A DNA stretch of 64,000 bases from Utricularia gibba (Eukaryota > Plantae > Magnoliophyta), in contig NEEC01000007.1 of NCBI GenBank assembly GCA_002189035.1, forward strand, positions 3,640,654-3,704,653. The letters run 5' to 3'. Positions 48,601 through 63,600 of the stretch are shown here, in pieces. Position 1 is the stretch's first letter. Every line of letters begins with the position of its first letter. The notes under the pieces are model-generated. The model did not search any database. It was not told the DNA's origin and saw nothing but the letters and a program-made list of their open reading frames with translations. The position numbers were made by a program, and so were the translations under genes.

Positions 48601-51600
48601 CAAGGAAAAGCTTGTCGTTTTTGGGCGGGTGATGTCGTTGGAACTTCGTTCTGACCAAGGTTCGGTCTGACTCCTTTGCCACATCGGGTCCTACTCGACG
48701 AAAATCGTGATGCAGTTATTGAAGTTAGGATTTCATGAGCACCCAAAATGGTTTTCTCAACCGCATGCTTTATATTTGATAAGGCGCTCTCGTGGGGCAA
48801 CGGTATCGAGTAGGAGGTCGAGTCGAGCTCGGGCCCATAGTCATTTGTAGCTCGGCAAAAAACTTGATGCATTTATTAACGGTTGGTTTTAATAGGCTGC
48901 CTCAATGGTTTTCTCAAGGAAAAGCTTGTCGTTTTTGGGCGGGTGATGTCGTTGTGAACTTCGTTCTGACCCAAGGTTCGGTCTGTCTCCTTTGCCAAAT
49001 CTGGTCCTACTCGACGAAAATCGTGATGCAGTTATTGAAGTTAGGATTTCATGAGCACCCAAAATGCTTTTCTCAACGCATGCTTTGTATTGAGGAGGCG
49101 CTCTAGTGGGGCACGGTATCGCAAGGTCGAGTCGGGCTCGGCCCAGAGTCATTTTTAGCCAAAAAAATGATGCATTTATTAACGTTGGGTTTTAATAGGC
49201 TGCCTACATGGTTTCTCAAGGAAAAGCTTGTCGTTTCTGGGTGGTGATGTCTTTTGGAACTTCGTTCTGACCATAGGTTCGGTCTGACTCCTTTGCCACA
49301 TCGGGTCCTACTCGACGAAAATCGTGATGCAGTTATTGAAGTTAGGATTTCATGAGCACCCAAAATGGTTTTCTCAACCGCATGCTTTATATTTGATAAG
49401 GTGCTCTCGTGGGGCAACGGTATCGAGTAGGAGGTCGAGTCGAGCTCGGGCCCATAGTCATTTGTAGCTCGGCAAAAAACTTGATGCATTTATTAACGTT
49501 GGTTTTAAAGGCTGCCTCAATGGTTTCTCAAGGAAAAGCTTGTCGTTTTTGGGCGGGTGATGTCGTTGTGAACTTCGTTCTGACCCAAGGTTCGGTCTGA
49601 CTCCTTTGCCAAATCGGTCCTACTCGACGAAAATCGTGATGCAGTTATTGAAGTTAGGATATCATGAGCACCCAAAATGTTTTCTCAACCGCATGCTTTA
49701 TATTTGATAAGGCGCTCTCGTGGGGCAACGGTATCGAGCAGGAGGTCGAGTCGAGCTCGGGCCCAGAGTCATTTGTAGCCAAAAAAAATTGATGCATTTA
49801 TTAACGTTGGGTTATTAGGCTGCCTACATGTTTCTCAAGGAAAAGCTTGTCGTTTTGGGCGGGTGATGTCTTTTGGAACTTCGTTCTGACCATAGGTTCG
49901 GTCTGACTCCTTTGCCACATCGGGTCCTACTCGACGAAAATCGTGATGCAGTTATTGAAGTTAGGATTCATGAGCACCCAAAATGGTTTTCTCAACCGCA
50001 TGCTTTATATTTGATAAGGCACTCTCGTGGGGCAACGGTATCGAGCAGGAGGTCGAGTCGAGCTCGGGCCAGAGTCATTTGTAGCCCGGCAAAAAAATTG
50101 ATGCATTTATTAACGTTGGTTTTAATAGGCTGCCTACATGTTTCTCAAGGAAAAGCTTGTCGTTTTTGGGCGGGTGATGTCGTTTGGAACTTCGTTCTGA
50201 CCAAGTTCGGTCTGACTCCTTTGCCACATCGGGTCCTACTCGACGAAAATCGTGATGCAGTTATTGAAGTTAGGATTCATGAGCACCCAAAATGGTTTTC
50301 TCAACCGCATGCTTTATATTTGATAAGGCGCTCTCGTGGGGCAACGGTATCGAGCAGGAGGTCGAGTCGAGCTCGGCCCAGAGTCATTTGTAGCCCAAAA
50401 AAATTGATGCATTTATTAACGTTGGTTTTAATAGGCTGCCTACAATGGTTTTCTCAAGGAAAAGCTTGTCGTTTCTGGGCGGTGATGTCTTTTGGAACTT
50501 CGTTCTGACCATAGGTTCGGTCTGACTCCTTTGCCACATCGGGTCCTACTCGACGAAAATCGTGATGCAGTTATTGAAGTTAGGATTCATGAGCACCCAA
50601 AATGGTTTTCTCAACCGCATGCTTTATATTTGATAAGGCTCTCGTGGGGCAACGGTATCGAGCAGGAGGTCGAGTCGAGCTCGGGCCCATAGTCATTTGT
50701 AGCTCGGCAAAAAATTGATGCATTTATTAACGTTGGTTTTAATAGGCTGCCTACATGTTTTCTCAAGGAAAAGCTTGTCGTTTTGGGCGGGTGATGTCGT
50801 TGGAACTTCGTTCTGACCAAGGTTCGTCTGTCTCCTTTGCCAAATCGGTCCTACTCGACGAAAATCGTGATGCAGTTATTGAAGTTAGGATTTCATGAGC
50901 ACCCAAAATGGTTTTCTCAACCGCATGCTTTATATTTGATAAGGCGCTCTCGTGGGGCAACGGTATCGAGTAGGAGGTCGAGTCGAGCTCGGGCCCATAG
51001 TCATTTGTAGCTCGGCAAAAAACTTGATGCATTTATTAACGTTGGTTTTAATAGGCTGCCTCAATGGTTTCTCAAGGAAAAGCTTGTCGTTTTTGGCGGG
51101 TGATGTCGTTGGAACTTCGTTCTGACCCAAGGTTCGGTCTGACTCCTTTGCCAAATCGGTCCTACTCGACGAAAATCGTGATGCAGTTATTGAAGTTAGG
51201 ATTTCATGAGCACCCAAAATGGTTTTCAACGCATGCTTTTATTTGAGGAGGCGCTCTAGTGGGGCAACGGTATCGGCAAAAGGTCGAGTCGGGCTCGCTC
51301 CCAGAGTCATTTGTAGCCGGCAAAAATTGATGCATTTATTAACGTTGGGTTTAATAGGCTGCCTACATGGTTTCTCAAGGAAAAGCTTGTCGTTTCTGGC
51401 GGGTGATGTCTTTTGGAACTTCGTTCTGACCAAGGTTCGGTCTGACTCCTTTGCCACATCGGGTCCTACTCGACGAAAATCGTGATGCAGTTATTGAAGT
51501 TAGGATTCATGAGCACCCAAAAATGGTTTTCTCAACCGCATGCTTTATATTTGATAAGGCGCTCTCGTGGGCAACGGTATCGAGCAGGAGGTCGAGTCGA

Positions 51601-54600
51601 GCTCGGGCCCAGAGTCATTTGTAGCCGGCAAAAAACTTGATGCATTTATTAACGTTGGTTTTAGGCTGCCTGGTTTCTCAAGGAAAAGCTTGTCGTTTTT
51701 GGCGGTGATGTAACTTCGTTCTGACCAAGGTTCGGTCTGACTCCTTTGCCATCGGGTCCTACTCGACGAAAATCGTGATGCAGTTATTGAAGTTAGGATT
51801 TCATGAGCACCCAAAATGGTTTTCTCAACCGCATGCTTTATATTTGATAAGGTGCTCTCGTGGGGCAACGGTATCGAGTAGGAGGTCGAGTCGAGCTCGG
51901 GCCCATAGTCATTTGTAGCTCGGCAAAAAACTTGATGCATTTATTAACGTTGGTTTTAATAGGCTGCCTCAATGGTTTTCTCAAGGAAAAGCTTGTCGTT
52001 TTGGCGGGTGATGTCGTTGTGAACTTCGTTCTGACCCAAGGTTCGGTCTGTCTCCTTTGCCAATCGGTCCTACTCGACGAAAATCGTGATGCAGTTATTG
52101 AAGTTAGGATTCATGAGCACCCAAAATGCTTTTGTCAATCGCATGCTTTAGTTTGAGGAGGCGCTCTAGTGGGGCACGGTATCGGCAAAAGGTCGAGTCG
52201 GGCTCGCTCCCAGAGTCATTTTTAGCCTGTCAAAAAAAGTGATGCATTTATTAACGTTGGTTTTAATAGGCTGCCTACATGGTTTCTCAAGGAAAAGCTT
52301 GTCGTTTCTGGGCGGTGATGTCTTTTGGAACTTCGTTCTGACCATAGGTTCGGTCTGACTCCTTTGCCACATCGGGTCCTACTCGACGAAAATCGTGATG
52401 CAGTTATTGAAGTTAGGATTTCATGAGCACCCAAAATGGTTTTCTCAACCGCATGCTTTATATTTGATAAGGCTCTCGTGGGCAACGGTATCGAGTAGGA
52501 GGTCGAGTCGAGCTCGGGCCCATAGTCATTTGTAGCTCGGCAAAAAACTTGATGCATTTATTAACGGTTGGTTTTAATAGGCTGCCTCAATGTTTTTCTC
52601 AAGGAAAAGCTTGTCGTTTTTGGGCGGGTGATGTCGTTGTGAACTTCGTTCTGACCCAAGGTTCGGTCTGTCTCCTTTGCCAATCGGTCCTACTCGACGA
52701 AAATCGTGATGCAGTTATTGAAGTTAGGATTCATGAGCACCCAAAATGGTTTTCTCAACCGCATGCTTTATATTTGATAAGGCGCTCTCGTGGGGCAACG
52801 GTATCGAGCAGGAGGTCGAGTCGAGCTCGGCCCAGAGTCATTTGTAGCTCGGCAAAAAAATTGATGCATTTATTAACGTTGGTTAATAGGCTGCCTACAT
52901 GTTTCTCAAGGAAAAGCTTGTCGTTTCTGGGCGGGTGATGTCTTTGGAACTTCGTTCTGACCATAGGTTCGGTCTGACTCCTTTGCCACATCGGGTCCTA
53001 CTCGACGAAAATCGTGATGCAGTTATTGAAGTTAGGATTCATGAGCACCCAAAATGGTTTTCTCAACCGCATGCTTTATATTTGATAAGGCACTCTCGTG
53101 GGGCAACGGTATCGAGCAGGAGGTCGAGTCGAGCTCGGGCCCAGAGTCATTTGTAGCCGGCAAAAAAATTGATGCATTTATTAACGTTGGCTTTATAGGC
53201 TGCCTACATGTTTTCTCAAGGAAAAGCTTGTCGTTTTGGGCGGGTGATGTCGTTTGGAACTTCGTTCTGACCAAGGTTCGGTCTGACTCCTTTGCCACAT
53301 CGGGTCCTACTCGACGAAAATCGTGATGCAGTTATTGAAGTTAGGATTTCATGAGCACCCAAAATGGTTTTCTCAACCGCATGCTTTATATTTGATAAGG
53401 CGCTCTCGTGGGGCAACGGTATCGAGCAGGAGGTCGAGTCGAGCTCGGCCCAGTCATTTGTAGCCGGCAAAAAAATTGATGCATTTATTAACGGTTGGTT
53501 TTAATAGGCTGCCTGGTTTCTCAAGGAAAAGCTTGTCGTTTTGGGCGGGTGATGTCTTTGGAACTTCGTTCTGACCAAGGTTCGGTCTGACTCCTTTGCC
53601 ACATCGGGTCCTACTCGACGAAAATCGTGATGCAGTTATTGAAGTTAGGATTCATGAGCACCCAAAATGGTTTTCTCAACCGCATGCTTTATATTTGATA
53701 AGGCTCTCGTGGGGCAACGGTATCGAGCAGGAGGTCGAGTCGAGCTCGGGCCCAGAGTCATTTGTAGCCGGCAAAAAATTGATGCATTTATTAACGTTGG
53801 TTTAATAGGCTGCCTACATGTTTTCTCAAGGAAAAGCTTGTCGTTTTTGGGCGGGTGATGTCGTTGGAACTTCGTTCTGACCCAAGGTTCGGTCTGTCTC
53901 CTTTGCCAAATCGGTCCTACTCGACGAAAATCGTGATGCAGTTATTGAAGTTAGGATTTCATGAGCACCCAAAATGGTTTTCTCAACCGCATGCTTTATA
54001 TTTGATAAGGTGCTCTCGTGGGGCAACGGTATCGAGTAGGAGGTCGAGTCGAGCTCGGGCCCATAGTCATTTGTAGCTCGGCAAAAAAATTGATGCATTT
54101 ATTAACGGTTGGTTTTAATAGGCTGCCTCAATGGTTTCTCAAGGAAAAGCTTGTCGTTTTTGGCGGGTGATGTCGTTGGAACTTCGTTCTGACCAAGGTT
54201 CGGTCTGACTCCTTTGCCACATCGGTCCTACTCGACGAAAATCGTGATGCAGTTATTGAAGTTAGGATTTCATGAGCACCCAAAATGGTTTTCTCAACGC
54301 ATGCTTTGTATTGAGGAGGCGCTCTAGTGGGGCACGGTATCGGGCAAGGTCGAGTCGGGCTCGCTCCCAGAGTCATTTTAGCCGCAAAAAATTGATGCAT
54401 TTATTAACGTTGGGTTTTAATAGGCTGCCTACATGTTTCTCAAGGAAAAGCTTGTCGTTTCTGGGCGGGTGATGTCTTTGGAACTTCGTTCTGACCATAG
54501 GTTCGGTCTGACTCCTTTGCCACATCGGGTCCTACTCGACGAAAATCGTGATGCAGTTATTGAAGTTAGGATTTCATGAGCACCCAAAATGGTTTTCTCA

Positions 54601-57600
54601 ACCGCATGCTTTATATTTGATAAGGCACTCTCGTGGGGCAACGGTATCGAGCAGGAGGTCGAGTCGAGCTCGGGCCCAGAGTCATTTGTAGCCGGCAAAA
54701 AATTGATGCATTTATTAACGTTGGTTTTTAGGCTGCCTCAATGGTTTCTCAAGGAAAAGCTTGTCGTTTTTGGGCGGGTGATGTCGTTGGAACTTCGTTC
54801 TGACCAAGGTTCGGTCTGACTCCTTTGCCACATCGGTCCTACTCGACGAAAATCGTGATGCAGTTATTGAAGTTAGGATTTCATGAGCACCCAAAATGGT
54901 TTTCTCAACCGCATGCTTTATATTTGATAAGGTGCTCTCGTGGGGCAACGGTATCGAGTAGGAGGTCGAGTCGAGCTCGGGCCCATAGTCATTTGTAGCT
55001 CGGCAAAAAACTTGATGCATTTATTAACGTTGGTTTTAATAGGCTGCCTACATGGTTTTCTCAAGGAAAAGCTTGTCGTTTTGGGCGGGTGATGTCGTTG
55101 GAACTTCGTTCTGACCCAAGGTTCGGTCTGACTCCTTTGCCACATCGGGTCCTACTCGACGAAAATCGTGATGCAGTTATTGAAGTTAGGATTTCATGAG
55201 CACCCAAAATGGTTTTCTCAACGCATGCTTTATATTTGAGGAGGCGCTCTAGTGGGGCACGGTATCGGGCAAAAGGTCGAGTCGGGCTCGCTCCCAGAGT
55301 CATTTTTAGCCCAAAAAAATGATGCATTTATTAACGTTGGGTTTTAATAGGCTGCCTACATGGTTTTCAAGGAAAAGCTTGTCGTTTCTGGGGGTGATGT
55401 CTTTTGGAACTTCGTTCTGACCATAGGTTCGGTCTGACTCCTTTGCCACATCGGGTCCTACTCGACGAAATCGTGATGCAGTTATTGAAGTTAGGATTTC
55501 ATGAGCACCCAAAATGGTTTTCTCAACCGCATGCTTTATATTTGATAAGGCGCTCTCGTGGGGCAACGGTATCGAGCAGGAGGTCGAGTCGAGCTCGGCC
55601 CATAGTCATTTGTAGCTCGGCAAAAAAATTGATGCATTTATTAACGTTGGTTTTAATAGGCTGCCTCATGGTTTTCTCAAGGAAAAGCTTGTCGTTTTTG
55701 GGCGGGTGATGTCGTTGTGAACTTCGTTCTGACCAAGGTTCGGTCTGTCTCCTTTGCCAATCGGTCCTACTCGACGAAAATCGTGATGCAGTTATTGAAG
55801 TTAGGATTCATGAGCACCCAAAATGGTTTTCTCAACCGCATGCTTTATATTTGATAAGGCACTCTCGTGGGGCAACGGTATCGAGCAGGAGGTCGAGTCG
55901 AGCTCGGGCCCAGAGTCATTTGTAGCCCGGCAAAAAAATTGATGCATTTATTAACGTTGGCTTTATTAGGCTGCCTACATGTTTCTCAAGGAAAAGCTTG
56001 TCGTTTCTGGCGGGTGATGTCTTTTGGAACTTCGTTCTGACCAAGGTTCGGTCTGACTCCTTTGCCACATCGGGTCCTACTCGACGAAAATCGTGATGCA
56101 GTTATTGAAGTTAGGATTCATGAGCACCCAAAATGGTTTTCTCAACCGCATGCTTTATATTTGATAAGGCACTCTCGTGGGGCAACGGTATCGAGCAGGA
56201 GGTCGAGTCGAGCTCGGGCCCAGAGTCATTTGTAGCCCGGCAAAAAAATTGATGCATTTATTAACGTTCGGTTTATAGGCTGCCTACATAGTTTCTCAAG
56301 GAAAAGCTTGTCGTTTCTGGCGGGTGATGTCGTTTGGAACTTCGTTCTGACCCAAGGTTCGGTCTGACTCCTTTGCCACATCGGGTCCTACTCGACGAAA
56401 ATCGTGATGCAGTTATTGAAGTTAGGATTCATGAGCACCCAAAATGGTTTTCTCAACCGCATGCTTTATATTTGATAAGGTGCTCTCGTGGGCAACGGTA
56501 TCGAGTAGGAGGTCGAGTCGAGCTCGGGCCCATAGTCATTTGTAGCTCGGCAAAAAACTTGATGCATTTATTAACGTTGGTTTTAATAGGCTGCCTCAAT
56601 GGTTTTCTCAAGGAAAAGCTTGTCGTTTTGGGCGGGTGATGTCGTTGTGAACTTCGTTCTGACCCAAGGTTCGGTCTGTCTCCTTTGCCAAATCTGGTCC
56701 TACTCGACGAAAATCGTGATGCAGTTATTGAAGTTAGGATTTCATGAGCACCCAAAATGCTTTTTCAACGCATGCTTTGTATTTGAGGAGGCGCTCTAGT
56801 GGGGCACGGTATCGGGCAAAGGTCGAGTCGGGCTCGCCCCAGAGTCATTTTTAGCCAAAAAATTGATGCATTTATTAACGTCTGCCTACATAAGGCTCAA
56901 CGGTATCGAGTAGGAGGTCGAGTCGAGCTCGGGCCCATAGTCATTTGTAGCTCGGCAAAAAACTTGATGCATTTATTAACGGTTGGTTTTAATAGGCTGC
57001 CTCAATGGTTTTCTCAAGGAAAAGCTTGTCGTTTTTGGGCGGGTGATGTCGTTGTGAACTTCGTTCTGACCCAAGGTTCGGTCTGACTCCTTTGCCAATC
57101 GGGTCCTACTCGACGAAAATCGTGATGCAGTTATTGAAGTTAGGATTTCATGAGCACCCAAAATGGTTTTGTCAACGCATGCTTTGTATTGAGGGGCGCT
57201 CTAGTGGGGCACGGTATCGGGCAAAAGGTCGAGTCGAGCTCGCTCCAGAGTCATTTTTAGCCCAAAAAAATTGATGCATTTATTAACGTTGGGTTTTAAT
57301 AGGCTGCCTACATGGTTTCTCAAGGAAAAGCTTGTCGTTTCTGGGCGGGTGATGTCTTTTGGAACTTCGTTCTGACCATAGGTTCGGTCTGACTCCTTTG
57401 CCACATCGGGTCCTACTCGACGAAAATCGTGATGCAGTTATTGAAGTTAGGATTTCATGAGCACCCAAAATGGTTTTCTCAACCGCATGCTTTATATTTG
57501 ATAAGGTGCTCTCGTGGGGCAACGGTATCGAGCAGGAGGTCGAGTCGAGCTCGGGCCCATAGTCATTTGTAGCTCGGCAAAAAATTGATGCATTTATTAA

Positions 57601-60600
57601 CGTTGGTTTTAATAGGCTGCCTCAATGGTTTTCTCAAGGAAAAGCTTGTCGTTTTTGGGCGGGTGATGTCGTTGTGAACTTCGTTCTGACCCAAGGTTCG
57701 GTCTGACTCCTTTGCCAAATCGGTCCTACTCGACGAAAATCGTGATGCAGTTATTGAAGTTAGGATTTCATGAGCACCCAAAATGGTTTTCTCAACGCAT
57801 GCTTTATTGAGGAGGCGCTCTCGTGGGGCAACGGTATCGGCAGGAGGTCGAGTCGGGCTCGCTCCCAGAGTCATTTGTAGCCCGGCAAAAAAATTGATGC
57901 ATTTATTAACGTTGGGTTTTAATAGGCTGCCTACATGGTTTCTCAAGGAAAAGCTTGTCGTTTCTGGGCGGGTGATGTCTTTTGGAACTTCGTTCTGACC
58001 ATAGGTTCGGTCTGACTCCTTTGCCACATCGGGTCCTACTCGACGAAAATCGTGATGCAGTTATTGAAGTTAGGATTTCATGAGCACCCAAAATGGTTTT
58101 CTCAACCGCATGCTTTATATTTGATAAGGTGCTCTCGTGGGGCAACGGTATCGAGTAGGAGGTCGAGTCGAGCTCGGGCCCATAGTCATTTGTAGCTCGG
58201 CAAAAAACTTGATGCATTTATTAACGTTGGTTTTAATAGGCTGCCTCAATGGTTTTCTCAAGGAAAAGCTTGTCGTTTTTGGGCGGGTGATGTCGTTGTG
58301 AACTTCGTTCTGACCCAAGGTTCGGTCTGTCTCCTTTGCCAAATCGGTCCTACTCGACGAAAATCGTGATGCAGTTATTGAAGTTAGGATTTCATGAGCA
58401 CCCAAAATGGTTTTCAACGCATGCTTTATATTGAGGAGGCGCTCTCGTGGGGCAACGGTATCGAGCAGGAGGTCGAGTCGAGCTCGCCCAGAGTCATTTG
58501 TAGCCGGCAAAAAAATTGATGCATTTATTAACGTTGGGTTTTAATAGGCTGCCTACATGGTTTCTCAAGGAAAAGCTTGTCGTTTCTGGGCGGGTGATGT
58601 CTTTTGGAACTTCGTTCTGACCATAGGTTCGGTCTGACTCCTTTGCCACATCGGGTCCTACTCGACGAAAATCGTGATGCAGTTATTGAAGTTAGGATTT
58701 CATGAGCACCCAAAATGGTTTTCTCAACCGCATGCTTTATATTTGATAAGGCGCTCTCGTGGGGCAACGGTATCGAGTAGGAGGTCGAGTCGAGCTCGGG
58801 CCATAGTCATTTGTAGCTCGGCAAAAAACTTGATGCATTTATTAACGTTGGTTTTAATAGGCTGCCTCAATGGTTTTCTCAAGGAAAAGCTTGTCGTTTT
58901 TGGCGGGTGATGTCGTTGTGAACTTCGTTCTGACCCAAGGTTCGGTCTGACTCCTTTGCCACATCGGTCCTACTCGACGAAAATCGTGATGCAGTTATTG
59001 AAGTTAGGATTTCATGAGCACCCAAAATGGTTTTCTCAACCGCATGCTTTATATTTGATAAGGCGCTCTCGTGGGGCAACGGTATCGAGTAGGAGGTCGA
59101 GTCGAGCTCGGGCCCATAGTCATTTGTAGCTCGGCAAAAAACTTGATGCATTTATTAACGTTGGTTTTAATAGGCTGCCTCAATGGTTTCTCAAGGAAAA
59201 GCTTGTCGTTTTTGGGCGGGTGATGTCGTTGTGAACTTCGTTCTGACCAAGGTTCGGTCTGACTCCTTTGCCAATCGGTCCTACTCGACGAAAATCGTGA
59301 TGCAGTTATTGAAGTTAGGATTCATGAGCACCCAAAATGGTTTTCTCAACGCATGCTTTATTGAGGAGGCGCTCTCGTGGGGCAACGGTATCGAGCAAAA
59401 GGTCGAGTCGAGCTCGGCCCAGAGTCATTTGTAGCCGGCAAAAAAATTGATGCATTTATTAACGTTGGTTTTTAATAGGCTGCCTACATGGTTTCTCAAG
59501 GAAAAGCTTGTCGTTTCTGGGCGGGTGATGTCTTTTGGAACTTCGTTCTGACCATAGGTTCGGTCTGACTCCTTTGCCACATCGGGTCCTACTCGACGAA
59601 AATCGTGATGCAGTTATTGAAGTTAGGATTTCATGAGCACCCAAAATGGTTTTCTCAACCGCATGCTTTATATTTGATAAGGTGCTCTCGTGGGGCAACG
59701 GTATCGAGTAGGAGGTCGAGTCGAGCTCGGGCCCATAGTCATTTGTAGCTCGGCAAAAATTGATGCATTTATTAACGTTGGTTTTAATAGGCTGCCTCAA
59801 TGTTTTCTCAAGGAAAAGCTTGTCGTTTTGGGGCGGGTGATGTCGTTGTGAACTTCGTTCTGACCAAGGTTCGGTCTGACTCCTTTGCCAATCGGTCCTA
59901 CTCGACGAAAATCGTGATGCAGTTATTGAAGTTAGGATTTCATGAGCACCCAAAATGGTTTTCAACCGCATGCTTTATATTTGATAAGGCTCTCGTGGGG
60001 CAACGGTATCGAGCAGGAGGTCGAGTCGAGCTCGGCCCAGAGTCATTTGTAGCCCGGCAAAAAAATTGATGCATTTATTAACGTTGGTTATTAGGCTGCC
60101 TACATGTTTCTCAAGGAAAAGCTTGTCGTTTCTGGGCGGGTGATGTCTTTTGGAACTTCGTTCTGACCAGGTTCGGTCTGACTCCTTTGCCACATCGGGT
60201 CCTACTCGACGAAAATCGTGATGCAGTTATTGAAGTTAGGATTTCATGAGCACCCAAAATGGTTTTCTCAACCGCATGCTTTATATTTGATAAGGCACTC
60301 TCGTGGGGCAACGGTATCGAGCAGGAGGTCGAGTCGAGCTCGGGCCAGAGTCATTTGTAGCCGGCAAAAAAATTGATGCATTTATTAACGTTGGTTTATT
60401 AGGCTGCCTACATGTTTCTCAAGGAAAGCTTGTGTCGTTTGGGCGGGTGATGTCGTTTGGAACTTCGTTCTGACCCAAGGTTCGGTCTGACTCCTTTGCC
60501 ACATCGGGTCCTACTCGACGAAAATCGTGATGCAGTTATTGAAGTTAGGATTCATGAGCACCCAAAATGGTTTTCTCAACCGCATGCTTTATATTTGATA

Positions 60601-63600
60601 AGGCGCTCTCGTGGGCAACGGTATCGAGCAGGAGGTCGAGTCGAGCTCGGGCCCAGAGTCATTTGTAGCTCGGCAAAAAATTGATGCATTTATTAACGGT
60701 TGGTTTTAATAGGCTGCCTATGGTTTTCTCAAGGAAAAGCTTGTCGTTTTTGGCGGGTGATGTCGTTGTGAACTTCGTTCTGACCCAAGGTTCGGTCTGT
60801 CTCCTTTGCCATCGGTCCTACTCGACGAAAATCGTGATGCAGTTATTGAAGTTAGGATTTCATGAGCACCCAAAATGCTTTTGTCAATCGCATGCTTTGT
60901 ATTGAGGAGGCGCTCTAGTGGGGCACGGTATCGGGCAAAAGGTCGAGTCGGGCTCGCTCCCAGAGTCATTTTAGCAAAAAAATGATGCATTTATTAACGT
61001 TGGGTTTTAATAGGCTGCCTACATGGTTTCTCAAGGAAAAGCTTGTCGTTTCTGGGGGTGATGTCTTTTGGAACTTCGTTCTGACCATAGGTTCGGTCTG
61101 ACTCCTTTGCCACATCGGGTCCTACTCGACGAAAATCGTGATGCAGTTATTGAAGTTAGGATTTCATGAGCACCCAAAATGGTTTTCTCAACCGCATGCT
61201 TTATATTTGATAAGGTGCTCTCGTGGGGCAACGGTATCGAGTAGGAGGTCGAGTCGAGCTCGGGCCCATAGTCATTTGTAGCTCGGCAAAAAACTTGATG
61301 CATTTATTAACGTTGGTTTTAATAGGCTGCCTCAATGGTTTTCTCAAGGAAAAGCTTGTCGTTTTTGGGCGGGTGATGTCGTTGTGAACTTCGTTCTGAC
61401 CAAGGTTCGGTCTGACTCCTTTGCCAAATCGGTCCTACTCGACGAAAATCGTGATGCAGTTATTGAAGTTAGGATTTCATGAGCACCCAAAATGGTTTTC
61501 AAACGCATGCTTTGTATTTGAGGAGGGCTCTCGTGGGGCAACGGTATCGAGCAAAAGGTCGAGTCGGGCTCGCCCAGAGTCATTTGTAGCCGGCAAAAAA
61601 ATGATGCATTTATTAACGTTGGGTTTTTAATAGGCTGCCTACATGGTTTCTCAAGGAAAAGCTTGTCGTTTCTGGGCGGGTGATGTCTTTTGGAACTTCG
61701 TTCTGACCAAGGTTCGGTCTGACTCCTTTGCCACATCGGGTCCTACTCGACGAAAATCGTGATGCAGTTATTGAAGTTAGGATTTCATGAGCACCCAAAA
61801 TGGTTTTCTCAACCGCATGCTTTATATTTGATAAGGCGCTCTCGTGGGCAACGGTATCGAGCAGGAGGTCGAGTCGAGCTCGGGCCCATAGTCATTTGTA
61901 GCTCGGCAAAAAACTTGATGCATTTATTAACGTTGGTTTTTAATAGGCTGCCTAATGGTTTCTCAAGGAAAAGCTTGTCGTTTTTGGGCGGGTGATGTCG
62001 TTGTGAACTTCGTTGACCCAAGGTTCGGTCTGACTCCTTTGCCAGGTCCTACTCGACGAAAATCGTGATGCAGTTATTGAAGTTAGGATTCATGAGCACC
62101 CAAAATGGTTTTCTCAACCGCATGCTTTATATTTGATAAGGCGCTCTCGTGGGGCAACGGTATCGAGCAGGAGGTCGAGTCGAGCTCGGCCCAGAGTCAT
62201 TTGTAGCCCGGCAAAAAATTGATGCATTTATTAACGTTGGTTTTAATAGGCTGCCTACATGGTTTCTCAAGGAAAAGCTTGTCGTTTCTGGGCGGGTGAT
62301 GTCTTTTGGAACTTCGTTCTGACCAAGGTTCGGTCTGACTCCTTTGCCACATCGGGTCCTACTCGACGAAAATCGTGATGCAGTTATTGAAGTTAGGATT
62401 CATGAGCACCCAAAATGGTTTTCTCAACCGCATGCTTTATATTTGATAAGGCCTCTCGTGGGGCAACGGTATCGAGCAGGAGGTCGAGTCGAGCTCGGGC
62501 CCATAGTCATTTGTAGCCCGGCAAAAAATTGATGCATTTATTAACGTTGGTTTAATAGGCTGCCTACATGTTTCTCAAGGAAAAGCTTGTCGTTTTTGGG
62601 CGGGTGATGTCGTTGGAACTTCGTTCTGACCAAGGTTCGGTCTGACTCCTTTGCCACATCGGGTCCTACTCGACGAAAATCGTGATGCAGTTATTGAAGT
62701 TAGGATTTCATGAGCACCCAAAATGGTTTTCTCAACCGCATGCTTTATATTTGATAAGGCGCTCTCGTGGGCAACGGTATCGAGTAGGAGGTCGAGTCGA
62801 GCTCGGGCCATAGTCATTTGTAGCTCGGCAAAAAATTGATGCATTTATTAACGTTGGTTTTAATAGGCTGCCTACATGTTTTCTCAAGGAAAAGCTTGTC
62901 GTTTTTGGCGGGTGATGTCGTTGTGAACTTTCGTTCTGACCAAGGTTCGGTCTGACTCCTTTGCCACATCGGGTCCTACTCGACGAAAATCGTGATGCAG
63001 TTATTGAAGTTAGGATTTCATGAGCACCCAAAATGGTTTTCAACGCATGCTTTATATTTGAGGAGGCGCTCTTGGGGCAACGGTATCGCAGGTCGAGTCG
63101 AGCTCGCCCAGAGTCATTTGTAGCCGGCAAAAAAATGATGCATTTATTAACGTTGGGTTTTAATAGGCTGCCTACATGTTTCTCAAGGAAAAGCTTGTCG
63201 TTTTGGGCGGTGATGTCTTTTGGAACTTCGTTCTGACCATAGGTTCGGTCTGACTCCTTTGCCACATCGGGTCCTACTCGACGAAAATCGTGATGCAGTT
63301 ATTGAAGTTAGGATTTCATGAGCACCCAAAATGGTTTTCTCAACCGCATGCTTTATATTTGATAAGGTGCTCTCGTGGGGCAACGGTATCGAGTAGGAGG
63401 TCGAGTCGAGCTCGGGCCCATAGTCATTTGTAGCTCGGCAAAAAACTTGATGCATTTATTAACGGTTGGTTTTAATAGGCTGCCTCAATGGTTTTCTCAA
63501 GGAAAAGCTTGTCGTTTTTGGCGGGTGATGTCGTTGTGAACTTCGTTCTGACCCAAGGTTCGGTCTGTCTCCTTTGCCAATCTGGTCCTACTCGACGAAA

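Noticed and set aside
49873-50508. Longest ORF (211 aa) with an internal peptide duplication
   Set aside because: It is read-through of two adjacent C monomers that happen to stay in frame (309-bp spacing). No evidence of coding function.
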